From a virus, in IMG/VR virus record IMGVR_UViG_3300005436_000501, positions 63,095-127,094 of that record: 64,000 nucleotides of DNA; one strand, 5' to 3'. The notes beneath the pieces were generated by a model. The model was not told the DNA's origin. It was given only the letters and a program-made list of their open reading frames with translations, and searched no databases. Positions 36,199-45,633 of this stretch are shown piece by piece. Numbering within the stretch: position 1 is the stretch's first letter; each line of letters opens with the position of its first letter. The translations under genes were made by a program, and so were the position numbers.

Positions 36199-36858
36199 TC
36201 AAGCGGCGATGGACGGATTCTGCCCGTCCGCGGTGATCGGTTTTGCGCCAGCCTTCGCGCGCAGCTTGTTGATGTACTTGATCAGGTCCGGGCCGGGCGA
36301 GAACCACTCGCCGTGCAGCCGCAGGTGACCGAACTTCGCATGGAGCGCTTCCTCGAGTTGCCGGTGACCCGGCTCGGTCGCAAGGATGGCCGCGTCGGCG
36401 AGGCTCTGGGCGCGCTTCTGCGGATCGATGCTGTAACCGATCTTGATGATCCGGTCGTGCCGCATGAAGTACACCTTGCTGAGAGCCTCGTGCTCAGCGC
36501 GGGAATGTCCCGTCGCGAGTCGGGCCGAGGCCGCCAGCCGCGCAGCCTCCGCCGCGTCAAGGATCGCCTGCTCTTCCTCGCTGAGGGTTTCGCCGAGCGC
36601 CTTCCTGCGCATCAGGCCAGCCTTGTACTCGACGTCCCGGCCGAGAGAGAACTGGGTCTTGAGGCGCCGCGCGTGGTCTTCGCAAAGGGGTACGTCGTAG
36701 TCCCGCAGGCCAGCGAAGCGGCAGCCCTTCCATGCGCACTGCTCGGACGGCGCCACATCGGGGACGGTGATCGCGATCCGCGCGCCGCAGCCGCAGCGGA
36801 ACGCCCCGCGACCCCGTAGCGCGTCAAGCGTCATCGCCCGGCCGCAGCCGCAGCGCAC
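36199..36858 (-). CDS. GIY-YIG (T5orf172/MUG113-like) protein with N-terminal zinc ribbons
   Basis: VYFM....IKIGYS.DP.KR...E..LH..F...RLHGEWF; start uncertain. Confidence 0.75.
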   Translation of the reverse strand: MRCGCGRAMTLDALRGRGAFRCGCGARIAITVPDVAPSEQCAWKGCRFAGLRDYDVPLCEDHARRLKTQFSLGRDVEYKAGLMRRKALGETLSEEEQAILDAAEAARLAASARLATGHSRAEHEALSKVYFMRHDRIIKIGYSIDPQKRAQSLADAAILATEPGHRQLEEALHAKFGHLRLHGEWFSPGPDLIKYINKLRAKAGAKPITADGQNPSIAA

Positions 36859-37049
36859 TGTGATCTCGCTGATCTGTACTCCCGCGATATGAATTGGCTC
36901 AGTCCCATTATCGCAGGTCGGAGACGGCAGAGCGCCCCGCTTTAGGGGCGGGGCGCTCGATGCGGCACTCGGTCTCCGGAGTCGGCGCGCTAGGCGCCCG
37001 TCGAGTGCCGGAACCTGAAAGGGGCGCTGTGCACCCACTGTCCGCGAGG

Positions 37050-37289
37050 TTACGCCACGGGGCGCAACTTCGACAACATCTCATCGCGCCTGCGCTTGCG
37101 TGTCGCGGTCCTGCGGCGCTGGTCGCGCTCGACGCGCATCACGTCGGCGATCATCACGACCCTGCGGCCGTCCGCGGTCCGGTAGGCACTGAGCAGTTTG
37201 AGGTGGATCCAGCGCTGGACGGTGCGCTCGCTGCGGCCGGTCTGCTCGGCGGCCTGAGCGAGGGTGACGGGGATGCCGGTCGGCTTCAC
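37050..37289 (-). CDS. Small HTH DNA-binding protein
   Basis: VTLAQAAEQTGRSERTVQRWI. Confidence 0.7.
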   Translation of the reverse strand: MKPTGIPVTLAQAAEQTGRSERTVQRWIHLKLLSAYRTADGRRVVMIADVMRVERDQRRRTATRKRRRDEMLSKLRPVA

Positions 37290-38107
37290 GCGGCCACGGC
37301 CGGTGCGACGTGTCCGCCGGTCAGCAACTGGATCAGCCACAGGTACTCGGTTTCCTGGTACAACCTGGCGCAGCCGCCGAGCCGTTCGCTGCATTCGACG
37401 TACCAGGCTTTGCCCGCGATGCCCTCTTCTTGGATGAGGGTGAGCATGTCGCAGCTCGGGCAGGGTGCGGGCAGGTGGCGCCGCACGGGCTTGTTCTTGA
37501 CCATGGCGACGGCCACCCGGTGCAGCCGCCAGATCTCGGACGCGAAGTCGCCGGCGCACTCGGGGCGCTGGATCATCGCCGCGTAGTTGGTGTTGAGGTA
37601 CTCGACCGACGCGGCGAGGTCGGCTGCGGGGCCCCCGGTGTCGGCGGCGGCCTGGTGTCCGAGGTGATGCCGCAGGTCGTCTTCCCAGGTGGTGATGGTG
37701 CGGCGGATCTCGTCCTGGTGGTCGGCGCCGGGGCTCGGGCTGGGGGGCACGTCGCTGCGTCCGCGGCGTTCCTCGTCGGCGCTGGCGGTTCTTGTGAGGA
37801 ACTTGACCGACCCGAGTGCTGTGTGGGCGAGGGGGAGTTCGCGCAGGGCTCCGCGGACGACGGCGGCGCATTTGCGGCACAGGACGGGTTCGCCGGGCCA
37901 CGGTTCGATGTCGGGCGCCTGCGGTTCGGCGCCGGTGTACCCGGTTTCGGTCCAGCGGGCGGCGGCTTTGGTGTGGGCGTCGGTGGCTTCGCGCCAGCGG
38001 TTGTTGCAGCGGAAGACGCAGGGACCTTCGGAGGTGATGCGCGGTTCGGGTTCGGGGGCCGGTTCGGGCTGGGAGTGGATCCAGTACGGGCGTTGGTATC
38101 GTGGCAT
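37286..38107 (-). CDS. Zinc-binding phage protein, possible late-gene regulator
   Basis: LCRKC...LRELP, PCPSC...C....C; sits just upstream of late region (function inferred from position). Confidence 0.5.
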   Translation of the reverse strand: MPRYQRPYWIHSQPEPAPEPEPRITSEGPCVFRCNNRWREATDAHTKAAARWTETGYTGAEPQAPDIEPWPGEPVLCRKCAAVVRGALRELPLAHTALGSVKFLTRTASADEERRGRSDVPPSPSPGADHQDEIRRTITTWEDDLRHHLGHQAAADTGGPAADLAASVEYLNTNYAAMIQRPECAGDFASEIWRLHRVAVAMVKNKPVRRHLPAPCPSCDMLTLIQEEGIAGKAWYVECSERLGGCARLYQETEYLWLIQLLTGGHVAPAVAA

Positions 38108-38276
38108 GGCGCGGCTCCCGGGCGTGCGGCTGTACCGTTGGGGAGTCGCCAGCGATCGTGTCGGGCGCCCCGCTGGTCACGGGGCGCCCTCGTGCTGTTG
38201 GTGCGAGTGTGCTGGGTGTTGATCGGCCGTGCAACTTCGATCGGACACGCTCGGACGCGGCCTATCCTGGAACGAC

Positions 38277-38306
38277 GAACCCCGCCACTTCGGATGGCGG
38301 GGTTCG
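38277..38306. terminator. GC hairpin
   Basis: GAACCCCGCCA-CTTCGGA-TGGCGGGGTTC. Confidence 0.5.
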
Positions 38307-38325
38307 GCTTGCGTGCGGGGTACGG

Positions 38326-38583
38326 TCAGGCGTCTTTGGCGCTCTTGAGGTCGGCGACGACGGTGCGCGGGTCGACCGTGGTGGTGGCGAAGTTGTAGCG
38401 CCAGATGTCCAGTGCCTGGCCGAACAGGACGCGGTCCCCGTCCAGGTCGATCGCTTCACGCCAGGTGGCTGCGGGGATCCCGGTCTCGGCTTCGAGGGTT
38501 TCGGCGAGCGCGTCGGCCATGCCGTCGGCGTAGGCGCTGGTGTCGGCGTGCATGTAAACGGTGATGTTCCGGTCGGTGGCCAT
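38326..38583 (-). CDS. Hypothetical protein
   Basis: RBS GAAGG; in operon. Confidence 0.55.
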   Translation of the reverse strand: MATDRNITVYMHADTSAYADGMADALAETLEAETGIPAATWREAIDLDGDRVLFGQALDIWRYNFATTTVDPRTVVADLKSAKDA

Positions 38584-38584
38584 G

Positions 38585-39268
38585 TCAGTCGCCTTCCGTG
38601 GTCGGGGTGTCGCGGAGTTCGAGGTTGCTGGTCTCGTTGTTGCGCGGGTCGCCGTCGCGGTGGTGGACCTGCTTGCCGGACCTCCACGTCCCGGCCGCCC
38701 ACTGCTCGATGTCGGCCAGGTCCCACAGCGGGGTGCGCCCGATGTGGCGGCGCGGTTTCGGCGCCTGGCCGCGGGCGACGTACCCGGTCCAGGTGCCCGG
38801 GGCGATCGGGCGATCGTGCTCGCGCAGCCAGGTCAGGACCGTGTCGCGGGTCATGCCCGTGTCGGCCGCGCCCGCCTCCAGTGAGGGCACGGGTGCGGCG
38901 GGGTGCGCGCCGAGCGGATGCCAGTCGGGGGGGATGCGGCGGGCCTGCTGCTCGAGATATTCGGCGGGGCTCATCGTCGAGGTGGCGGGGTAGTCGGACC
39001 AGCCGCGCCAGGCGCGCCGCTCGGGTTGCGCGGCCTGCGCGTCGGTGTACCACAGGGCCCAGTCGGGGGCGGTGTCGCGGATGGGGCGGTCGCGCTGCAC
39101 CCAGATATCCACGGCGGTGCGCAGCGGGGTGGCGGCGACGGCTTCGACCAGGGCGCGGGCGCGGGGGGTGAGGGTGTCGAGGTCGACGTCTTCGTAGAGG
39201 GCGGCCACGGGGTTGCCGTCGTCGTCGGTGGTGTCGCGGCGCAGTTTGACGCGGACGGTGTTGCCCAT
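38585..39268 (-). CDS. AlpA-like HTH protein with C-terminal HNH-motif tail
   Basis: TWTGYVARGQAPKP...GRTPLW....IEQW then VHHRDGDPRNNETSNLEL. Confidence 0.6.
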   Translation of the reverse strand: MGNTVRVKLRRDTTDDDGNPVAALYEDVDLDTLTPRARALVEAVAATPLRTAVDIWVQRDRPIRDTAPDWALWYTDAQAAQPERRAWRGWSDYPATSTMSPAEYLEQQARRIPPDWHPLGAHPAAPVPSLEAGAADTGMTRDTVLTWLREHDRPIAPGTWTGYVARGQAPKPRRHIGRTPLWDLADIEQWAAGTWRSGKQVHHRDGDPRNNETSNLELRDTPTTEGD

Positions 39269-39444
39269 CAGTCCTCCTGCTCGAGGCGCGCGGCTTCGGC
39301 GTCGAAGGGTTCGGCGAGGGTGACGGGGGTGTCGGTGCGGTAGGCGGTTTCGAGGAGTTCCTGGGGTCCGACGGCGGCGTAGTGGCCGGGGTGTCCGTAG
39401 CGGCGGCCGTCGGCGATTTTGACGGGGATGTCGGCGTTTTCCAT
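39268..39444 (-). CDS. Small hypothetical protein, probably leaderless
   Basis: MENADIPVK; promoter-like TTGGCA-18nt-TACCTT 6 nt upstream. Confidence 0.5.
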   Translation of the reverse strand: MENADIPVKIADGRRYGHPGHYAAVGPQELLETAYRTDTPVTLAEPFDAEAARLEQED

Positions 39445-39505
39445 AACCCCAAGGTACAGCGTGAGGCTGTACAGTGCCAAGCTGTATGGCGGGTCGGGGG
39501 CGGAC

Positions 39506-40153
39506 TCAGCGCGCGAACACCAGCAGCGCGACCGCGCCCAGGCCGAACGCTGGCGCGAAAAACAGCGTCTCCAGCTTGTTCCCGGTGCGCTGGATCACGG
39601 GGAGCATGTAGTGCCGCCGGTGCGGCCAGAGCAGCGGACAGCCCTCTTTGGTCAGACAGTCACCGGCCAGGTGCGCGAGGATCCCGGCCGCGACCGACCA
39701 CGGCAGCCACGACAGATCCGGCAACAATACCCACGTCGCGACCGCGGCGAGGAACCCGAACCCCGAGGACGCGCCCGGAGCCAGCCGAAGCGCGCGAGCC
39801 GCGAACGTGTAGAGCAGGAACAGCGCACCGATCTCGAACCAGCGGCCGAACACCGCGTCGCCGAGCCACGTCAGCAGCGGGACCAGGGCGGCGAACAATA
39901 GCGAATGCGTGGCGTGGCGGTGCCCGCCCGAAAGCCGGTGCACGATCCGGGTCACCGCCTTGCTGACCGGGCCGAACGTAAAGGCGATAGTGGCCGAGTC
40001 GTGGTCAGCATCTGCCAGCAACGCGGCACCCGCAGTGGCCAGCAGACCCGCAGCGACCGCGCCCCAGTGCGGGTGAACACCCACCGTGGGCGCGAGGCTG
40101 CACAGCCCTGCGAACGCGGTGCACCCGGACAGCGCGTGCGAGTGGCCGAGCAT
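39506..40153 (-). CDS. YdjM-like metal-dependent membrane hydrolase
   Basis: MLGHSH, ADADH, HRHATHS, HLAGDCLTKEG.PLLWP. Confidence 0.8.
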   Translation of the reverse strand: MLGHSHALSGCTAFAGLCSLAPTVGVHPHWGAVAAGLLATAGAALLADADHDSATIAFTFGPVSKAVTRIVHRLSGGHRHATHSLLFAALVPLLTWLGDAVFGRWFEIGALFLLYTFAARALRLAPGASSGFGFLAAVATWVLLPDLSWLPWSVAAGILAHLAGDCLTKEGCPLLWPHRRHYMLPVIQRTGNKLETLFFAPAFGLGAVALLVFAR

Positions 40154-40434
40154 CAGGCGGCCTCGTCGATACGTCGCAGGGTCTCGGCCCCGAACGGGTC
40201 CAGGCGCACACCCGGTTTGCGTCCGACGGCGAGGATCTGGTCGAGCAGTTGCCGGTACTCGGCGCGCGCCTCGGGCGGCAGCGCGAACACCTGGGCGCGT
40301 GCGTGCGCGTGGTCGCCGTTGGCGGCGGCGCGCAGCCCGGTCTCAATCAGCGCGCTGACGGCGCCGTCGGCCGGGCCGGCGTATTCGTGCACCTGCCGTT
40401 CGCGCCCGAGCGTGATAGCGGTGATCTCGGCCAT
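40153..40434 (-). CDS. Hypothetical protein
   Basis: RBS AAGGAG; overlaps next gene. Confidence 0.55.
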   Translation of the reverse strand: MAEITAITLGRERQVHEYAGPADGAVSALIETGLRAAANGDHAHARAQVFALPPEARAEYRQLLDQILAVGRKPGVRLDPFGAETLRRIDEAA

Positions 40435-40459
40435 GGTCGTGTCGTCTCCTTCGGGGTGG

Positions 40460-42523
40460 TCAGGCCGCAGCCTGGTAGTCGGTGTCGGCCCACATGCCGG
40501 GGTCGGTGCCCAGCGCCGCGTACACCCCGTGGGTGACGCGCAGGATCCTCCCTGCGTCCACGTCGCGCCTGAGCGCCTGGGAGACGGCGGACGGGTTCAG
40601 TCCGAGTTCGGTCACCAGCGCCCCGGAGGTGACATGCCCCGGGTGCTGCGCGAGGTAGGCGCGGATCAGCTCGCGCGCGCTGCCCACGGCGGGCGTTTCG
40701 CCCTGCTCCGCAGCGTCGCGGGCGGCGGCGGTACCGGATGCCGCACCGACGGCGGGGGCGGCGTCCTGCGTCTGCGCCGCTTTCGCCTCGGCCGTGTCCG
40801 CTGCGGTCGCCAGCGGCGTCAAATGCGCTGTGCTGCCGGCGTCCGCCCAGTCGAACACGGCGTTGTCGTCGAGGAAGAACGTGCGGAACTTCGCCGGCCG
40901 GTCCGCGCCCAGGATGTAACCCAGGCCGAAGGTCTTGGATCCGTCGGGGAACTGCTCCTCCAGCAGTCGCGGGTCGCCCGGCAGCTTCGGGAACGCCCCG
41001 CCCGTGATCGCGTCCTCCGTGCGCAGGCACACCACCGACATGGACGCGAGCAGCGGCCGGATCGTGAACGAGTTGCCGAGCTCCGCGATCGACGGGATCT
41101 GGGTGACCAGGCGCAGCCGCACGCCGCACTTGCGGCCCATCGACACCAGCCGCTCGATCAGCCACTTGGCGCGCGGGTGCGCGAGCACCATCGGCGCCTC
41201 GTCGATGGTGACCGACAGGATCGGCAGGTCGAGGTCCAGGCCGAGCCGCGCGTAGGCGGCCGGGTCGTAGTAGCTCAGTCCCTTGTGTTCGCGGCCCTTG
41301 TCGTCGAACCATTTGACCTGCGCGAGCAGCTTGTTGCGCGCGATCATCTCCGCGAACGCGTCCTCGAGCATCGCCAGGCCCTCGACCGGTCCGCGCGCGA
41401 ACCGGTCGACGCGGTCCTGCCAGTCGGGCAGCGACTGGCCCTCCTGCGGATCGCAGATCCAGGACACGATCAGGTGGCGTCCGTGCGGGTCGGTGGCGTG
41501 GCGTTCGCACAGCAGCGCCTGGTCCAGGTACCGGGACTTGCCGGAGCCCGAGCAGCCGACGACCACTTCCATGTTGGTGCCGGACTTGGGCTCCCAGAAG
41601 CGGATGCGCGCGGGCTGGCCGTTGATGCGCCGCCCGACGGTGGCGCATCCGGTGTCCAGGTCGATGGCGGGCCCGGGGAACGCGACGTTCTCCTGTAGGA
41701 GGTTCGTGGTGAAGATGGCGACGCGGGCGCGGTCTTCGCGCTGGTCGTCCCACCGCTCGAATGAGATCATCTGGCGGGCGGTGCCGCGCTGCGCGGCCAT
41801 GCGCTTGTGCACTGCGAGGGATATCAGGTCGTCGTAGGACTGGCGGTCGGCGTCGAGTTGCACGTCCAGGTATGCGCCCAGCTTGTCGGCGCCCACGGCC
41901 AGGAGCTTGGACCCGGGGGCGAAGCCGCTGCGTTCCGGGGCGGCCTTCGCGGCCCACCAGGCGGTGATCTCTTCGCGTAGCGCGGAGTACTGGTCGCGCT
42001 CGGCCCGGGGCGCGCTGGTGCGCTCCCGGCGGCGAAGGTGTCGCGCCCACCAGGTGCCGGAGGCGGCGAGCGCCCCGGCGCCGAGGACGTCCAGGGCGAG
42101 CGGCGCGGTGGGGGACAGCGCTGTGGCGGCGCCCAGGTAGAGCAGCGCGGCGGTGTAGGCCAGGGCGTAGTAGGCGCGGCGCATCAGCGAGGGCGCGCGG
42201 TGTCGGTCGCGGCGGTAGAGCAGGTATCCGGCGAGCAGGAGTGCGGCGTACAGCAGTGGCCAGCCGAGGGCGGGCCCGTGTGCGGCGCCCTCGGCAGCGG
42301 CGAGCACGACCCCGCCCGCAGCGGCGGGCGCGAACTCCTTCGGGTGTGTGGCCGCGCCCTTGACTGCGGCGACGGTCAGGTCGAGGGCGGCGTGCCCGGC
42401 CCGGCTGGCCCCGGCGCGGGCGAGCGCGCCGAGTTCGTCGGCGATGCGCTCGCCGACGCCGCCGCGCGCCGGGGCCGCGGGGGCGGTGCGGCGCGGCGGG
42501 GGCCGGTAGTCGGTGTCGCGCAT
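40460..42523 (-). CDS. FtsK/SpoIIIE-family TraB-like DNA translocase
   Basis: N-terminal TM helices; Walker A GCSGSGKS; Walker B VTIDEA; MGRKCGV.L.LVTQ; GLGY; C-terminal winged helix; RBS AAGGAGG. Confidence 0.82.
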   Translation of the reverse strand: MRDTDYRPPPRRTAPAAPARGGVGERIADELGALARAGASRAGHAALDLTVAAVKGAATHPKEFAPAAAGGVVLAAAEGAAHGPALGWPLLYAALLLAGYLLYRRDRHRAPSLMRRAYYALAYTAALLYLGAATALSPTAPLALDVLGAGALAASGTWWARHLRRRERTSAPRAERDQYSALREEITAWWAAKAAPERSGFAPGSKLLAVGADKLGAYLDVQLDADRQSYDDLISLAVHKRMAAQRGTARQMISFERWDDQREDRARVAIFTTNLLQENVAFPGPAIDLDTGCATVGRRINGQPARIRFWEPKSGTNMEVVVGCSGSGKSRYLDQALLCERHATDPHGRHLIVSWICDPQEGQSLPDWQDRVDRFARGPVEGLAMLEDAFAEMIARNKLLAQVKWFDDKGREHKGLSYYDPAAYARLGLDLDLPILSVTIDEAPMVLAHPRAKWLIERLVSMGRKCGVRLRLVTQIPSIAELGNSFTIRPLLASMSVVCLRTEDAITGGAFPKLPGDPRLLEEQFPDGSKTFGLGYILGADRPAKFRTFFLDDNAVFDWADAGSTAHLTPLATAADTAEAKAAQTQDAAPAVGAASGTAAARDAAEQGETPAVGSARELIRAYLAQHPGHVTSGALVTELGLNPSAVSQALRRDVDAGRILRVTHGVYAALGTDPGMWADTDYQAAA

Positions 42524-42554
42524 GCCGTGACCTCCTTCGGGTTGGCGGAATTGG

Positions 42555-43109
42555 TCAGTGCTGCCGGAGCGTCGGGGGCGCGCCGTCCGCTTCGGCTGCG
42601 CGCGCCTCGTCGGCCTGGTTGAGCCGCCAGCAGGCGACGGCGTCACCGTGGGACGGCCGACAGTTGGCGTGGTCGACGCGCCCGTCGACAGCGGATGAGA
42701 GCAGCGCCTGGGCCAGGTCGCGCTCGCCCTGGAGCGCGACCACGTTGTGGCGCTCGGCGCCCGCCGTACACGGGCGCAGCGCGGCGAAGACGACCGCGAG
42801 CAGGTGGCGTGACGCGGCGACCGGCATGGCGAGAGCGAGCAGGGTCAAGTCCGGGCACTGCGGAACCTGGGCGGAAAGGACGGTCACCGGCCGGTCGATG
42901 GGCTCGCCGAGCGGATGCGGTTCCCACGCAGGCGATTCGGTGGCGCGCCCGAGAACGCGGGTCCAAAGCGTGGCGACGGCGTCGGGCAGCGGCTGGTTCG
43001 GGTCGGCCGCGAACGGGCGCGTGTCGCGGTGGCGCAGGAAGTCGACGATCGCGATGGACTGCACGGGATCGGCTGCGCCCACGGCGCCGGGGTGGATGGG
43101 GCGGGTCAT
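42555..43109 (-). CDS. Hypothetical protein of the transfer cluster
   Basis: RBS GGAGG; in operon. Confidence 0.5.
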   Translation of the reverse strand: MTRPIHPGAVGAADPVQSIAIVDFLRHRDTRPFAADPNQPLPDAVATLWTRVLGRATESPAWEPHPLGEPIDRPVTVLSAQVPQCPDLTLLALAMPVAASRHLLAVVFAALRPCTAGAERHNVVALQGERDLAQALLSSAVDGRVDHANCRPSHGDAVACWRLNQADEARAAEADGAPPTLRQH

Positions 43110-43134
43110 GGCGGTTCCTCCGGGATGCGGCGCG

Positions 43135-44277
43135 TTAGCTGGCGGGCAGTTGCGGGGCGCCGGCGGCGGGCAGCGCGTCCTGGCCGCCGGTGTCGGCGAC
43201 GCCGTAGAACGCGCCGTGCGCCCCGGAATGCCCGGTCGCCATCGCGGCCTCGGCGTGCGGCATCTGGTGGCTGGCGAGCACGTCGAGCGCGGTGCGCGCG
43301 GTCTCGTGGTAGTTCGCCGCGGCGGACGCCATCACGGACGCGGTCGCGGCGGCGTCGTGGCACTGCGCGGAGAACGTCGCGGTCTGGTCGCGGTAGACCT
43401 GGCCGGCTTCGAGCAGGGCGTGGTAGGCGGCGGTGGACTCGGGGTCGACGCGCAGCATCGCCATCGCGGCGACGGCGTGTTCGAGGGAGGTGGTTTCGTC
43501 GGTGACGCGGGCCGCGGTCTCCCCGGCGAACTCCGCTCCGGCGATCATGGAGGCGGAGGCGGCGGCGGCGTCTTCGGATTCCATGCCGGCGACTTGCGCG
43601 GTCTGGCCGGTGAAGTGGACGAGGGACTCGAGGTCGGTGATGTCGGCGGCCATGGTGTCGGGGTACTCCTGGGGCTTGGGGACGAGGTGAAGGGGGACGC
43701 GGCCGAGTCGGCGCAGGGCGACCAGGATCGGGGTGGGTGCGGCGGGTGCGTCGCCGGGTTCGGTGGCGGCGTCCTCGGGGGCCGGGGCGGGTGCGGTCCC
43801 CGGGCGCGGGGGCGTGTCTCCGGAGCCGGGCGGCGGGGAGTCCGGCCCGGGGGTCGGCCCGGGTGCTGCCGCGGCCCGCGGGCCGCGGGGGGTGTCGGCC
43901 GCGTCCGGGGCGGCGTCGCGTGCGGGGCGTCGTCGTTCGTTCCAGTCGCGGGCGCGGCGCGCGCCGGCTGCGGTGTGGCGGCGTCCGGCCCGGTACAGCT
44001 CGATCCCGGTGGCCCAGCCCAGGGCGAACCCGACGCCGGTGGCCCAGCCGAAGCGGTGCGCGGCGTGCAGGGTGCGGCCGTGCACCAGCGCGCCGAACCG
44101 CCCGGACCGGGTGGTCGGGGCGGTGGCCGCGGCGCCCGCCGCGGTGGCGGGGGCGCCGGAATCGGGGCTCGCGCCACCGGGGGTGCGCAGCGACTCGCGC
44201 ACCCCGGCGGCGGCGGACACCGCCAGCACGATCAGGTAGTAGCCGACGATCGCGTCGAGCAGGTCCTTGAACGTCAT
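43135..44277 (-). CDS. Membrane-anchored protein with Pro-rich linker and Ala-rich helical C-domain (Spd-like)
   Basis: Hydrophobic N-terminus; helical region MAADITDLE...GAFYG; upstream of translocase. Confidence 0.55.
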   Translation of the reverse strand: MTFKDLLDAIVGYYLIVLAVSAAAGVRESLRTPGGASPDSGAPATAAGAAATAPTTRSGRFGALVHGRTLHAAHRFGWATGVGFALGWATGIELYRAGRRHTAAGARRARDWNERRRPARDAAPDAADTPRGPRAAAAPGPTPGPDSPPPGSGDTPPRPGTAPAPAPEDAATEPGDAPAAPTPILVALRRLGRVPLHLVPKPQEYPDTMAADITDLESLVHFTGQTAQVAGMESEDAAAASASMIAGAEFAGETAARVTDETTSLEHAVAAMAMLRVDPESTAAYHALLEAGQVYRDQTATFSAQCHDAAATASVMASAAANYHETARTALDVLASHQMPHAEAAMATGHSGAHGAFYGVADTGGQDALPAAGAPQLPAS

Positions 44278-44286
44278 CGCCGCCCC

Positions 44287-44940
44287 CTACACCAGGTGCG
44301 CGACGAGAGGGCCGACGTGCGCGGCGACGGCGGCGTACACCCAGGTCGCGCCCTGTCCGAAGTAGCCGGGCACGAGGGTGAACAGCATCGGGCCGAGGAA
44401 CACGAGCAGGTCGGCGTCGCCGTGGTGGGCCTTGCCCTCGATCAGGTCGGCGAGCAGGTGCAGGCCGCGCCACAGTGCGAGGATCGCGACGAGGCTGAAT
44501 CCGAGGGTCGCGGCCTGGTGCCCGGCGCCGGGGAACAGGTTCACCAGCCAGTGGAAGGCGCTGTCGGCGCGGCGGGCGCACCACAGCACGATGGTGCCGA
44601 TGAAGGTGCCGGACGCGGCGACGCCGGCGACGGCGAACAGGGCGAGCGCGGTCCATCCGGCGAGGTGGCGCAGCAGGTCCAGGGGTTTCGCGCCGCTGTT
44701 CCCCATGCCGGTGTCGGGTGTCGCGCGGCCCCGGCCCCGGGACGAGGCGGTGGTGCGGCGGCCGCGCAGCCCGCCGCGGATCGCGGTGGCGCGGGAGTTC
44801 AGGGACGCGGCGACGGTGGGTACGCGGCGGCGCAGGATCAGGGCGAGGATGAGGCTGACGGCGGTGAGGCCGAGCAGCGAGACGCTGGTTTGGGCGGGGG
44901 TCAGGCCGGTGGTCATGGCCGGCGGCGCTAGGGCGCGCAT
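44287..44940 (-). CDS. Multi-pass membrane protein (Spd-like)
   Basis: About four hydrophobic segments; RBS GAGGAG. Confidence 0.6.
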   Translation of the reverse strand: MRALAPPAMTTGLTPAQTSVSLLGLTAVSLILALILRRRVPTVAASLNSRATAIRGGLRGRRTTASSRGRGRATPDTGMGNSGAKPLDLLRHLAGWTALALFAVAGVAASGTFIGTIVLWCARRADSAFHWLVNLFPGAGHQAATLGFSLVAILALWRGLHLLADLIEGKAHHGDADLLVFLGPMLFTLVPGYFGQGATWVYAAVAAHVGPLVAHLV

Positions 44941-45117
44941 CGGGGTCTCCTCGATTTCACACCCGTGAACTTCACGGGCGGTTTGGGCGGCGATTCGGGG
45001 GATCTTGCTGGTGGGGCCGATCTTGCCTGCGTGGAGCGGCTGTCAATTTCACTGTGAATTCGTGGCGCGGCGACTGGGCGTGCTTGGCGGCTGGAACCCC
45101 CGGGCGGCACGGGTGGA

Positions 45118-45633
45118 GGGGTGTCACGTGCCGCCCGGGAGCGCTCGGGGGTGTCACCGGTGGGGGTGTCATGAGGCGCGCCGTTCGGGGGTGTCGTCCG
45201 CGTCCCGGGGGGTGTCACCGGCGGGGGTGTCGCTGCGGCGGCGGCTGCGTGTCACGCGCACGTAGACCTTGTCGACGGTGACACCCCGTGCGGCGAGCAG
45301 CGCCACGACGTGGGAGGCGACACGGTCGGGCAGCAGGTCGTCCAGGCGCCGCACGGCCTCCGCGTTGGACATCTCCGCCCAGGCCGGGGGGCCTGCGGCG
45401 TCGAGGACTTTGAGGTCGGCTTCGAAGTCGGCGTGGCTGAGCGGCACGGTGACACCCGTAGCGGGGGGTGTCGCTGCGGCGGTGCGCGATACCCGGGGCT
45501 TGCGGGGTGCGGTGCGGGGCGCTGATACGCGGGGTTTCGCGGGGCGTATCACCCGGGGGGTGTCACTCGCGCGGGGGGTGTCGACGGCCGGGGTATCAGC
45601 GGGGGTGTCGGCTGCGGGCGGCGTGGGGGTGTC
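45118..45633 (-). repeat. Array of 8-bp direct repeats GACACCCC (clt/TRS-like)
   Basis: 11 exact GGGGTGTC copies on + at 45118, 45148, 45163, 45188, 45209, 45224, 45465, 45557, 45575, 45602, 45626, plus variants and an inverted copy at 45280. Confidence 0.75.

Noticed and set aside
45118-45633. CRISPR array
   Set aside because: Repeats are 8 bp with irregular spacing, mostly inside a CDS; no cas genes seen
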